From NCBI GenBank assembly GCA_918797485.1, contig CAKKNE010000004.1, positions 3,844,001 to 3,908,000 of the forward strand: 64,000 nt of DNA, read 5' to 3'. Under the pieces are notes generated by a model. That model saw only the letters and a program-made list of their open reading frames with translations. It was not told where the DNA came from and ran no database searches. The stretch is from Pelagomonas calceolata. Taxonomy: Eukaryota. Position numbers and translations under genes: made by a program. Below, piece by piece: positions 52,601 through 61,868 of this stretch. Within the stretch, counting starts at the first letter, position 1; the number at the start of each line of letters is the position of its first letter.

Positions 52601-52759
52601 GTTGAGGCCGCCGAGGCGCCGAAGCTATCCCTCGCCGAGGTGAACAAGTTCACGGTGCCCAAGCTGAAGGCCGCGCTGAAAGAAAGGGGCCTGCCCGTGA
52701 CGGGTCTCAAGGCCGTCCTCAAGGCGCGGCTGCTCGAGGCGCTCGGCTACGACGCCTGA
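49697..52759 (+). CDS. NCAPG: Condensin I subunit CAP-G (NCAPG/Ycg1) with C-terminal SAP domain
   Basis: HEAT repeats (DKVAGVRRAACLALRRLQ, DSSAEVRAAA, RCRDVNATVRKAAF, GLRDRD), AAEGAAKLLL, LQQVLSVFFP. SAP: FTVPKLKAALKERGLPVTGLKAVLKARL. Confidence 0.85.
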   Translation: MGKGAGKGAYGAAVAQADEELRGIMCGAQRSKHTHERGVEKCLALIKTTPEVFADNATEGGFFECVTRVLVAKKRDGGVERCLAFVARVCSGAVLAGDDQQGDVARRSLLWLAKACGAADKTARGRALEVIALVLERLIGEDGAEVDEQVWTALSDAVVPRVHDKVAGVRRAACLALRRLQEDNQPATHALGRALARDSSAEVRAAAARALDPSKKTVGLLLDRCRDVNATVRKAAFDALRLKVGLRGVPRDRRAPVLARGLRDRDAAVRASATMTLARWFVSPKVGADATKLLELLDVESQASHAALALRALHAAACALANDDRREATPAWLRGEAEPETCAETRRRDAFDASFYYDAVDEDGQNSYVVALESALEVADREDTLLLQKKEGAEFKKRDPASLRLRNALLPSNDEESCLPENASTLTPAAALWLRCRVLLELEPSAARLTPSNLEDALAKFSDGDDLARLCSTAGEQAAQEEMKHRENDGESENSDDDEDLSFARTFVAAQVLDCARLLVDHKAIDEAGKVRVADAIDGDFVRTQKPLAECLAAPAARCLAVARGLGAGFTEDGASLHAAVESALNRGETRRALAVAAQLLAEPRCFAPPRSAAQDRFLEEICDGDDALVPRCSISPDADDRELAVLALGRRMLLGDANDSKRIAPHLWRFALNSREGLDVRGRAVCALGDAALAFGCAKCAPDESDFATSLAKLLDEGTAAPLRAVAAEGAAKLLLAGRPLSVDDAETQEARVGASLLRAFLACENDNDEDDDDDDMAAALGGKRRLQQVLSVFFPTLASTRPVSVSRSIETALDDASTPQQAASYVASLPGQQFAAPYALCASALAGTSLRRGEALTTMRAPDDQGEAALLSVVAAGVARAAAEAGEAVAAKAATKFAAACSSVAKGTEADASKDAKNLLVSPFVADAEEAPLPPPPPKAGPKIIAPKAAFDGTDSEPGTAKEAPVVEAAEAPKLSLAEVNKFTVPKLKAALKERGLPVTGLKAVLKARLLEALGYDA

Positions 52760-52799
52760 TCCTTCCCCATTCCCTCCCCCCGACGTAACAAACACACTC

Positions 52800-53881
52800 T
52801 TACGTAGCACCACCACGCTTCTTCTTCTTCTTGAGGCCTCCTTTTTTCTTCCGTCCTTTGGACACTTCGGCGGCCTTCGCGCGCGCCTTCTTCGAGGCGA
52901 TGGCCATGCACTTCTCGTTGTCCATCTTTTCGTCTTTTCTACAGGTGTAGACCTGTGTGGAGATCAAGTTTCGGACGCCCCACGCCATCGACGTCGCGAT
53001 AACCTAACTCACTGGTTGATTTCCACACAGGCACAAACGTAGTAGACGTCCGTCGGCTCCTTGAGCTGGCTTACTTTGTAGGGGTTGACCTCGTTTTTGG
53101 GGATCGCGTGGACCTCGCAGAACCAGGCCAGGTGCTCCTCGTCCTCCGGATCAATGTTTTCGAGTTTCTCCAGGCGCGTTTCGGGCAGACCGTAGGAAAC
53201 GCAAAAGAACAACCCAGAAGGTTTCAAAATACGGTCCATTTCTTGTAAGTAGGCTCGTACCTGCTTTTGCGGTTTTTGCGCACAATACAAGGCATCGAGT
53301 AAAGCTTTATCCAAGACCACATCAAAGATTTGATTGTCGAACGTCGCTTCCAGGTCGCAGGCGTTGCCCTGGCGCCACTGCACGCCGCCCAGATCTTGCC
53401 CTAGTATTATTTTCGGGAAGTCGTCCGCGGTCAACCGTTGGCCCTTCTTCAACTTCTTCTTCTTGAGAGAGACCGGTGGACCAGATATGTCCGCATACCT
53501 CGTCTGCATCTCGTCGATGCAGATACGCGAGATGTCCAGGTTCATGATCGACTTATACCCATCGGCAGCCATATCTGCGGCCATCTCCGACGTCCCGCAG
53601 CCGATCAGACAGATATTATCTTCCTTGTTCAGGAAATTGTCCAGCAACCCCTTCAGCGCGTGGTAGTCGTGGTACCACTCGAAGGGCTCCGCATTTTTAA
53701 AGTAGCGCTCGTCCCAGAAGCGGTCGAGGCCATACATGCACTGGTCGCCCGGGGCCGGATCATATTGAGCAGCGTCGTTCTCAAACCTTCCAGTCTCCCA
53801 GTTGTACCTCAGTTCCGGGTTATAATTGACATTGAAGGGGAAGCGCTTGGCCGTCGGGCCCGTTTTTTTTACTATTGCCAT
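52800..53881 (-). CDS. EEF1AKMT4/METTL13-like lysine methyltransferase
   Basis: FWDERY...FEWY, IGCGTS, DIS, FDVVLDKALLDAL. Exons 53039..53881 and 52800..52952 give ...DVYY|VYTCRK. Confidence 0.85.
52953..53030 (+). mobile_element. Introner inserted antisense to its host gene; intron 52953..53038
   Basis: TIRs CTGTGTGGAGATCAA / TTGATTTCCACACAG. Decayed TSD GTGTAGAC / GCACAAAC. Splicing removes an in-frame TGA. Confidence 0.88.
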
Positions 53882-54252
53882 GGTGCTCTGTGTTTGCGGC
53901 TGCCCCCTGCTGTCCAACCTTCTGCGCTTTGTGTGCGGCCTCCGGGCAGCTCTTCGTGGGCGCCGGGTGCGTCCCTGCGTCTCCGGAGGCGCGTGGGGGC
54001 CGCTTTACGGCTGCCCCAGCGCCTGGCCGCGGCGCTCGAGCCGCCGAACCCGCGCTGTCGACGTCGCCCCCAGGGCAATGTTCTAACGCCTACCCGAGTC
54101 TTAACGTACGCCTCTGAGTATTCTAGTTTCGTGCGGGTGCTGGCAAGGCTTGATGAGGTGTGTGTTTTTGCACGCTGCTCTCCCACGCACACGCGTAACA
54201 ATCGTTGCCAGTGACCATTGCAAAAGACTCACACCAGTAGTGCTGCTGCACG

Positions 54253-55221
54253 ATGCGAATTTGTGCAATCCTCATCGCTCACGTCGCGACAACACATGCA
54301 TTGCATGCTGTCACAGTCACACCTCGAAGGCACGGCGTCGTCTGCCATGGCAAGAAGACGAACGCCCTCCTGGGCGCTTTGAGAAGGGTGCCGCTCGTGA
54401 AGCGCGTCGTCCCACAAAAGAAACACGCGCCGCGGACGCCGCCGCCGCCGGAGACGTCGGTCGAGGCGGCCCCCGAGATCGCCGAGTTGATTGATGCCGA
54501 GGCCGACGAGGCCGCGAAGGTCCTCGAGGCGGTCGTCCAGCAGGTCGTCGAGCGCGGCGTCGCCGTGCCGTACGAGACCGTCGAGAAGCCGGAGGAACCG
54601 AAGCCCGAGCCAGCACCGGAGGAGAGCCAGATCGAGAGGTTTGATCGGCTCCACGCCTCGCCGCTGGACCGCACCGACGAGCTTCTCAAGGGATTGAGGG
54701 ACGCGTCGCGCGACTCGAACGCGGTGGATGTCGACGTCGAGTGGCGGTATGCGCGCGCCTGCTTAGATGCCGCAAATGCTTTACCAGAGAAGGATCCCAA
54801 GAGGGAGGGCCTGACCTTCGAGGGCTTGCGGGCGGCGGAGCGCGCGGCGGCGCTCGCGCCGGACAATGGCCTGGCGCAGAAGTGGCTCGGCGTCATGCTC
54901 GGGTCTGTCGGCGACTTCCAGACGACGAAGGAAAAGATCCAGAACTCGTACAAAGTGCGGGAGGCGCTCGACGCCGCATACAAACTGCGACCGGACGACG
55001 CGACGGTCGCGCTGGCCCTGGGCCAGTGGTGTTTGAAAGTCGCGGGCGTGTCGTTCGTGGAGCGAGGTTTGGCCCGAGCGATCTTCGGCGGGTCGCCGCC
55101 GGAGTCGACGTACGCCGAAGCGCTCAAGTTCTTCCGGAAAGCTCAGGAGCTCAAGCCGGCGTCGAAGACGAAGGCTCTCATCAAGCTCGTCGAGGGCAAG
55201 ATGAGGAATGGCGGGAAGTAG
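54253..55221 (+). CDS. RMDN (regulator of microtubule dynamics)-like TPR protein with N-terminal leader
   Basis: EWRYARA, AQKWLGVMLG..GDF..TKEKIQNSY, LGQWCLKVAGVSFVER..A.AIFG..PP.STY.EAL.FF.KA. Confidence 0.82.
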   Translation: MRICAILIAHVATTHALHAVTVTPRRHGVVCHGKKTNALLGALRRVPLVKRVVPQKKHAPRTPPPPETSVEAAPEIAELIDAEADEAAKVLEAVVQQVVERGVAVPYETVEKPEEPKPEPAPEESQIERFDRLHASPLDRTDELLKGLRDASRDSNAVDVDVEWRYARACLDAANALPEKDPKREGLTFEGLRAAERAAALAPDNGLAQKWLGVMLGSVGDFQTTKEKIQNSYKVREALDAAYKLRPDDATVALALGQWCLKVAGVSFVERGLARAIFGGSPPESTYAEALKFFRKAQELKPASKTKALIKLVEGKMRNGGK

Positions 55222-55245
55222 TTTGTAAACTTAAAATGTAACATC

Positions 55246-55887
55246 TCACTCACACAGTACGATACCCCTCATACCGTCATCTCTAATTTTCGCCCTCGGT
55301 CGTTCGCCGGTGCCGCGGAGCACGCCGTCGTCTAAACAACGCGTGCGCGGAAAGTGGCGCCGCAACACAATGCGCGCTGTTTCAGGCGCGCCGCTCACCG
55401 CAAGCACGCAGCCGCATTCTAGAAACGTCGCGGCCGCGTCCGCGAGCTTGGCGAGGATCGCGAGGCGATGCAGCGCCGCGGCATCCCAGGCGCCCTCCGT
55501 CGTAGAAAGAGCCGCGACGTCGTCGATTATTATCAGCGTCGGCCGCGCGTGGTCGCCCGGCCAGGACTGGCAGTTGTTCAAGATCCACGCAACGTCGGCG
55601 AGGCCCGCGACGTACTTTAAACGGACGCGGTCAAGCACTGGGCTGTCGGCGTGCCCGCGTAAAGTTGTAGTAGGCGGCGCGTCGGCCTCGTCGCGCAGCG
55701 GCGGCGGCGGCGCCGCGGCGTCGTCGCGCCGCCGGCAGAGCAGCAGCGGCGCCGCGGCGGCGTCGCGTTCCGCCGCGCGCCGCGCGAGGGCGAAGGCGAC
55801 GCCGCTCGTCATTCGCGGCGAGCCGCCGACAACAGCGAGGCGGGCTGTCGAGCAGTCCTTTCGGAGCGGTTCGTCGAGATAATCCAT
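55246..55887 (-). CDS. SWSAP1-like RecA-fold protein (putative)
   Basis: LDRVRLKY...PTLIIIDD resembles SWSAP1. Confidence 0.5.
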   Translation of the reverse strand: MDYLDEPLRKDCSTARLAVVGGSPRMTSGVAFALARRAAERDAAAAPLLLCRRRDDAAAPPPPLRDEADAPPTTTLRGHADSPVLDRVRLKYVAGLADVAWILNNCQSWPGDHARPTLIIIDDVAALSTTEGAWDAAALHRLAILAKLADAAATFLECGCVLAVSGAPETARIVLRRHFPRTRCLDDGVLRGTGERPRAKIRDDGMRGIVLCE

Positions 55888-56111
55888 TGATTTGTGCGGT
55901 CAAGGAGCCAACCTTATTTGTGCTGTCAAGCACCCAACCTTGGTCTGTGGCCTCTGGGGCACAGTGGCCTTGCTGCGCTGTAGGCGTCCTTTAGTCGCTT
56001 GGGTGATTCGCGAGGCGCTCTATTTCAAGCGCGGACAAGCGTGGAAGCTCAAAATCCTCCGCGCGCAAGGGGGGTTAAGTGTTTATCCCCCATGCCGCGC
56101 GCGCAGCAGTT

Positions 56112-56135
56112 GCTAGCGGTCTGTAACACACTAGC
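56112..56135 (-). promoter_or_regulatory. Bipartite CTAG intergenic motif
   Basis: Reverse complement GCTAGTGTGTTACAGACCGCTAGC, 225 bp upstream of the gene starting at 55887. Confidence 0.75.
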
Positions 56136-56145
56136 AAGCGCCCCA

Positions 56146-56200
56146 AAATCCATCATTCGTCCTAGCACCGTAACAATAACTAATTAAATCCATCATTCGT
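56146..56200. repeat. 15-bp direct repeat flanking the junction motif
   Basis: AAATCCATCATTCGT at 56146..56160 and 56186..56200. Confidence 0.75.
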
Positions 56201-56320
56201 TACCGTATCGCCGAAATTCTCCTTCAGGGGACTCCGTGCGTACCTACTATTATTATGATGAGCCTGAGGCCTCCCCCCGCGCGGGGCGCTACTAGGGACT
56301 ACTAGTAAGACAAATAAAAC

Positions 56321-59300
56321 CTACCTACTCGGCGACACGCCAAGCCCCCGGTGGATCCGCCGCTGGTCGTCCGGCGACAGCTGCGCGACGACGTGACCCA
56401 AAGCCCCGGCCGGCGTCTGCGACGGCTCGAAGCCCCACCGCTTCACCGCCTTGTCCGCGTTCAGCAGCGTCAGCCTATTGGACCCGTCCGGCTCCAAGAC
56501 CACGCCCTCGTCGAGGCGGACGAGGGGCATGCCCGGCGCGCCGAGGCGCCGGTGGACGGCCGGTGATAACGTGAGCGTCCGCTCGCCGTTGCGCAGCTTC
56601 TCGAGATCAACGAACAGATTCCGCAATAGCGCCGGCAAACACGGCCCGTCCGCGGCGTCCATGACGACGTCCGCGGGCCCGCGCGGCGCGTCGCTCCCCA
56701 AGAAGCAGTGGTATGCGAGTCGCGGCGTGACACACACCCGGTAGAGCTCCCGCGGTTGCAATAGAGCACCCTTCAACCGCACGTCGCCGATGCGCCGACC
56801 AGGCGGTTTCGACGGGTCGAACCAGATCTGAAAACCGCTCGAGCAGTGGGGGAAAATATCGCAGTAGGCCGGGTACCGCGACAGGGCCCGTTCCAAGGCG
56901 CCCCACAGTTGGGCGCCCGTCGCTTCCAGCACCATAACCCCAGCACCATGGGTAGCCATCTGCTTGATCTCATTCACGTCGTGCATGTCTCGCGAGTAGG
57001 CCGTCGTCGGCCGCTGCTCGATATCCTTGATATGTAATGAGGTCGTGCGCATGACTCTAACCTTGGCCTCGCCGCCGGGGTAGCTCCTATCCCTCCCGGG
57101 ATCCGGGAGCGGTGCCAAAGCCGCGAGTTCGGCCACGGTCAATGCATGGCCTTCCGGCAGTTCACCCAAAGGCCGTAGAGCCGCCCCATCCACAATCGCG
57201 CAATCTGCCGCGGTCGCCGCACACGCGACGTCGGCCGCCACTTCGGCGGCCGACGCGCCGTAGTGCGTCTGCGCGAGGTTGCGGCCACCTTTCAACGCTT
57301 CTGCGGAGGCGTCGAGCGGTTTTCGTAGCTCGACCAGAGTAGCTAATAAACCCTTCGCCACCAAATCGCGCGCCTTGCCGACCAACGTAGCGACGGCGTC
57401 GCCGTTCCGCCACCTATTTAACACGGTAGCCCGGCCCGCGCCGACGGCGACCGTCGTCAAATCAACTTCCCTAACGATCTGCACCATTCTTTGCGGTTTC
57501 GGCGCCTCCACATGAGGTAAATGCAAGCGTAACCTCGCGAGGCGCTCGCAGTTCGCCGGCGCTCGGATGACCCAGGTCGCGCGGTCCCGCGGGAAGTCGT
57601 ACCTACAAGCGTTCACGCCGAAAGTTGATCTACGAGAACCGGAGACGACCACACAATCAGCGTAGCCCTGGCAGGCCTTGGCGACGAGCGCCCCGGGCTC
57701 GTCGAAGCGCGCGCCGCCGCCCACCGACGCTAATACTATGACAACATCAGCGCCGGCTTCTCTGAGGAGTTGCACCTCGCGCGCGGCGGCCTCCGGGGCT
57801 GCGCTTACATGAGCGGTCCCGACGTCGTCGTCGTCAATCCCCTCCTCGTCGTGCATGGGACCCGCGCCCGGGAGTGTGGCGGCCGACGCGGACAGGGAGT
57901 TTTCTCCGGCCACTCCAACAATGCCGATCTTGCGGCCGTGCCACGGGACCAGTTGCGAACGCATGGCATCCGCAACAGGCACGCCCCGATCATCGTGGCA
58001 GTTCGCCAACAGAGAAGGGAAGTTGCAGCCCCGATAGACGCGCGCGGCGTTCGGCAGGCCATAGTCGAAATCCCGCGCGCCGACACAAGCGGCATGCACG
58101 CCTAACTCATTGAGGATGGGCACCAAATGCTTGCCCTTCGTCACTCCCGACTCCACCGATGCGGCAAACGCGCCACCACATAACAGTAAGAGAGGTTCCA
58201 CGTGGTTCTTCTTCTTCGCGAGGTCCCGCTCCAACTGCACCAAGGACGCAAACCTCTCAAAACGAGAAACTTCCCGATGCGGCGTCGCCGGCCTGAGCTT
58301 CAGATCAGCTTTTTGTCTCACACCATCCACGGAACCCAAATCCCCAAACAAGAGCAGTGTCAACCGTTCTGTGGCGGTGACGCCGGACAGAGGCCCCGAG
58401 AAGAAGGGCGTCTTGGGCTTGGGAATTTCCGGTTCCTGGAGGAAGACCTCGGCCGCACTGGGACCCTTGTCTCGGTCTTCCTGGAGATCTTCTCTCTCAC
58501 CAAGCAAGTCTTCGTTTTGTTTCATAGCAGCACTGCGCGACGCTTCGCGCGTCTGCGCCCGTTGCGCTGCCGTCGGTAGGCGTCTCCCTAACAACCTCAG
58601 GAAGGTCTCCTTGTCCAGCTCCCAGGCCTTTAGGTCCGAAGAGGACGTTACTGTAGTCTTTTCAGTAGTGTAATTTAACAAAGCTTCGTGGCCGTGGTAT
58701 TGGTCCGGTCGCAGGACACCGACCTCGTCACCGTCGTCATCAACGACACAAGCACCTTGCTCGACGACGAAGAATCGCTCCGGCTGGTTGTCCTGGAACG
58801 CGAGACCGAAGCCCGGCCCGGTCTTGAGAGGAGCAAAGGCCGTCACGACCTGGTCCAAGAGCTCATCACTAATACCGTCGCAGAAGGGCGCCGCGGCCAT
58901 GATCTCGTAGAGCCAATTGGAAATCTTGCGCGGCTTGTAGTGCATGGGCGCCTTCCAGTCGTCTTCTCCGTCACTTTCTTCTTCTTCCACTGGTACCGGC
59001 GACAGGGATTCCTCCTTGCCGACCCAGGGCGGCATGTCCGGGCGCTCCTCGTTGTAGTGGACCTCCTTTTGAACCGGTTTCGGGGGAGACGGTTCCGGTG
59101 AAGACACTTCCTCCAAGTCAAACTCGGGGCCTACTGTTCTCCTTAATGTTTCCGCATCGAGCGCCCAGGTGATGCATGCATCTGAGGCTATGAGAGAAGC
59201 CTCCAAGGGTTCATCTTTGAGACAAGCTACTTCGCCATAGTATTGCGCATGTGTTTTACAGTCAATAGGACCTTCACTTTCAGTAGTAACATCGCAAGCA

Positions 59301-61603
59301 CCTACTTCTACCACGTACATATCTTCTGCGGATTCATCCTCAACAAGTAACACCTTGCTCGGTTCGCACCGGACCATGCGACAGGCATTCACTAAAACCC
59401 AGATCGCGGCCTCGTCCAAATGCGAGCAGAACGGCGCGTTCGAGAACACTTCATATAAGAAATTTTTCTGCTGCTTCTTCTTGTAGTGCACGGGCGGCTT
59501 GAACTCCTCCTCGGCCACTTCCTCGTAGTCGTCGACCACGGACTGCGCGGCCGCGGTTTTTGGTCGCGCCTCGTCGTCGGGCTTGGCCAAGTCCGACAGC
59601 CACGTCTGCTCGTCCTCCTCTTCCTGCGCTTGCCTCAGGAGCTCTTCGGCTCGGTCGAACTCGTCCAGGGCTTGTCTAGCGTCTTGGGCTGCCTTTGCTG
59701 CGGCATTCGCGGCGGCCGATGCTGCTTGAGAGGCTAAGCGTGCCGTTTCGACGGCTCGGTCCGCGGCGTTATCTAAAGCGTCTTGGGCTGCTTTTGCCGC
59801 GGCGGCGGCGGCGTCGCGCGCCTGCTTTGCGGCCAGAGCCGCTGCTTTAGCGGCTTCTGAAGCCGCTTCCGAGGCTAAGCGAGCACACTCGACCGCTCTA
59901 TCCGCGGCGTTATCCAAAGCACCGGAAATGAGGTCGCGGATGAACTGCGCCGCCCGTGCTGCCTCCGCTGCGGCGTCGGACGCCGCTTGCGACGCGAGAC
60001 GCGCGCACTCGACCGCGCGGTCGGCCGAATTATCAAGCTCGTTAGCCTGGTCGAAGGCGAAGGCCGCCTCTTTGCAGGCTTTGACGGCCTTCGCCGCTCG
60101 AGCTGCCGCGAAGGCCGCCGCCTCCGACGCGAGGCGCGCACATTCCACGGCTCGATCGGCGGCGTCGTCCAAATCGCCCGCGAACGCAAAGGCCCGTGCC
60201 GCATTGGCAGCGTTCCGGGCGGCGTCCGACGCCTTTCGAGCGGCGTCCGACGCCGCCTCCGACGCCAAGCGAGCGCATTCGACGGCCCGATCCGCCGCGT
60301 CGTCCAGTGCACCCTGTTGTATCTTCTCCTGTATAACAGTCTCGCAGAACTCATCGAACAAGTCCACGACGGCTCGATCAACGCATTCGTCGGCCACGGC
60401 CTCTTCCAGATACTCGTCGAAGAGCTTCGCGATACATTCCAAACAAGCAGCATTGGCCCGAGCAGCTAAAACGCCCTCCGCCTCTAAAGCAGCGTCGACC
60501 GCATTGTTCGCCGCCTCGTCCTCGGGATGCGGCGGGGTTGGTGGTGGGACATCTAAACCCGCCATGGGGTCCGGAGGGGGTTTATTTGCAGCGACTTCCG
60601 CGGCCGCCTCGGCGAACGCGGCGGCGATGGGGTCCAACAATTCGGCCGTCGACGCGTCGTCGTCGCCCTCAAACAACGGTTCCGGGATGGTGGTAGGCAG
60701 GTCTTCCGCATTGATGAGCTTCTCGGCAAATTCTGCCGCTCGCTCCTGGTCGACGAGCATCTGCGCGTGGGCCTCCTGGGCATCTGCTTCCGCTTGAGAC
60801 TCGGGGGGTAAGCCTAGCGCGTGTCGGTCGTTGTTCGATGCGGCCTTGGCTAGTCTTCGCAACGCATCTAGTACCGCGGGCGGCCGACACCCGGGTGCCA
60901 ACAATCTACGAGACCAGGCCACGAACCTTTCTCTCTCAAGAGTTTTCTCCTTCCTCTCCTTCTTTTCAACCAAGACAGATTGATCATCATCATCCGCTGT
61001 GGCGATCACGTCTTTCATACCAACATGTCCAACCTCTTCGTCCTCGGACTCGTCGGCACTATCATAGTCATCGGGAGCGTCCCACTTCCTCAGAGCTAAT
61101 TTGGCGGCTCTGTCTAGACCCTCCAGGCCCATGTAGATCTTCGAATCTTTCTCCCGGAACAATTCAGAGACGTGGCCCTCCTCCGTGAGCTTGAGGAACG
61201 CTTCCAGGGCTCGCGCTAGCGTCAGCAGACATACCGAGAGTTCGTGGCAGTTCAAGGCCCCGCGTTGCCTTAGATCAAATAAGTCGAAGATCCGCCTAGC
61301 TTTGCACCCCACGCCGTCGCCGACACCATGTAACGCGACCGGTCTGCTCACGACCACGACCCCACAGAGAAACGCCAAAGCATTGACCTCGCCGAACCGG
61401 CCAATGCCCTTCTCCGTCTGCAGTCGCGTCGCGCGCATCTCGGCCTCGCGCGAACCTCCGAGTAACTTCGACAGAGCAGCCGTGCTAATCATGAAGTCGC
61501 CCTCGCACTCGTCGCGATGTTTATGAACTATTCTATCCACATCTCCCACACTTAACAAGGGAAAGCAGGAGTAGGGCTCGGGCAGGCTCACCGTGGCGCC
61601 CAT
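56321..61603 (-). CDS. ~1760-aa multidomain protein: EF-hand-like region, Ala-rich repeats, two cNMP-binding-like domains, 5'-nucleotidase-like domains
   Basis: MGATVS start. IFDLFDLRQRGALNCHEL. MYVVEVGACDV..YYGEVACL and FFVVEQGACVV. TKGKHLVPILNELGVHAACVGARDFDYG. FPHCSSG..FDPSKPPGRRI. Confidence 0.82.
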   Translation of the reverse strand: MGATVSLPEPYSCFPLLSVGDVDRIVHKHRDECEGDFMISTAALSKLLGGSREAEMRATRLQTEKGIGRFGEVNALAFLCGVVVVSRPVALHGVGDGVGCKARRIFDLFDLRQRGALNCHELSVCLLTLARALEAFLKLTEEGHVSELFREKDSKIYMGLEGLDRAAKLALRKWDAPDDYDSADESEDEEVGHVGMKDVIATADDDDQSVLVEKKERKEKTLERERFVAWSRRLLAPGCRPPAVLDALRRLAKAASNNDRHALGLPPESQAEADAQEAHAQMLVDQERAAEFAEKLINAEDLPTTIPEPLFEGDDDASTAELLDPIAAAFAEAAAEVAANKPPPDPMAGLDVPPPTPPHPEDEAANNAVDAALEAEGVLAARANAACLECIAKLFDEYLEEAVADECVDRAVVDLFDEFCETVIQEKIQQGALDDAADRAVECARLASEAASDAARKASDAARNAANAARAFAFAGDLDDAADRAVECARLASEAAAFAAARAAKAVKACKEAAFAFDQANELDNSADRAVECARLASQAASDAAAEAARAAQFIRDLISGALDNAADRAVECARLASEAASEAAKAAALAAKQARDAAAAAAKAAQDALDNAADRAVETARLASQAASAAANAAAKAAQDARQALDEFDRAEELLRQAQEEEDEQTWLSDLAKPDDEARPKTAAAQSVVDDYEEVAEEEFKPPVHYKKKQQKNFLYEVFSNAPFCSHLDEAAIWVLVNACRMVRCEPSKVLLVEDESAEDMYVVEVGACDVTTESEGPIDCKTHAQYYGEVACLKDEPLEASLIASDACITWALDAETLRRTVGPEFDLEEVSSPEPSPPKPVQKEVHYNEERPDMPPWVGKEESLSPVPVEEEESDGEDDWKAPMHYKPRKISNWLYEIMAAAPFCDGISDELLDQVVTAFAPLKTGPGFGLAFQDNQPERFFVVEQGACVVDDDGDEVGVLRPDQYHGHEALLNYTTEKTTVTSSSDLKAWELDKETFLRLLGRRLPTAAQRAQTREASRSAAMKQNEDLLGEREDLQEDRDKGPSAAEVFLQEPEIPKPKTPFFSGPLSGVTATERLTLLLFGDLGSVDGVRQKADLKLRPATPHREVSRFERFASLVQLERDLAKKKNHVEPLLLLCGGAFAASVESGVTKGKHLVPILNELGVHAACVGARDFDYGLPNAARVYRGCNFPSLLANCHDDRGVPVADAMRSQLVPWHGRKIGIVGVAGENSLSASAATLPGAGPMHDEEGIDDDDVGTAHVSAAPEAAAREVQLLREAGADVVIVLASVGGGARFDEPGALVAKACQGYADCVVVSGSRRSTFGVNACRYDFPRDRATWVIRAPANCERLARLRLHLPHVEAPKPQRMVQIVREVDLTTVAVGAGRATVLNRWRNGDAVATLVGKARDLVAKGLLATLVELRKPLDASAEALKGGRNLAQTHYGASAAEVAADVACAATAADCAIVDGAALRPLGELPEGHALTVAELAALAPLPDPGRDRSYPGGEAKVRVMRTTSLHIKDIEQRPTTAYSRDMHDVNEIKQMATHGAGVMVLEATGAQLWGALERALSRYPAYCDIFPHCSSGFQIWFDPSKPPGRRIGDVRLKGALLQPRELYRVCVTPRLAYHCFLGSDAPRGPADVVMDAADGPCLPALLRNLFVDLEKLRNGERTLTLSPAVHRRLGAPGMPLVRLDEGVVLEPDGSNRLTLLNADKAVKRWGFEPSQTPAGALGHVVAQLSPDDQRRIHRGLGVSPSR
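59690..60310 (-). repeat. Five coding repeats LD[DN][AS]ADRAVE[CT]ARLAS[EQ]AA
   Basis: Visible in translation, with synonymous divergence at DNA level. Confidence 0.9.
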
Positions 61604-61846
61604 TGTGGTAGCCTCCGGCGCCACGCACGCGTCCTGCGCGTTTGTTTGTTAAGCTGTTGGACCGCGAGGCAGCCCCGCGTGCGTGCCGTGCCCAAGCGGG
61701 CAGCCCTATCGCGCGCAGCGCTGGCTGTTGGCCCAAGCCGCTGCGAATTTGGCGCTAGGGTGTCGCTCCCACGGATGCCTCGCCAGGGCTCGCTGACGAC
61801 GGGTCCGTGCCGGGCTCGTAACGGTGCTTCGGAGTCGTATGACGGA

Positions 61847-61868
61847 GCTAGCGGCGTGAGACACTAGC
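61847..61868 (-). promoter_or_regulatory. Bipartite CTAG intergenic motif
   Basis: Reverse complement GCTAGTGTCTCACGCCGCTAGC between divergent genes. Confidence 0.75.

Noticed and set aside
2677..61868. CTAG motif or introner core as CRISPR repeats
   Set aside because: Dispersed single copies, no regular spacers, no cas genes, eukaryotic context.
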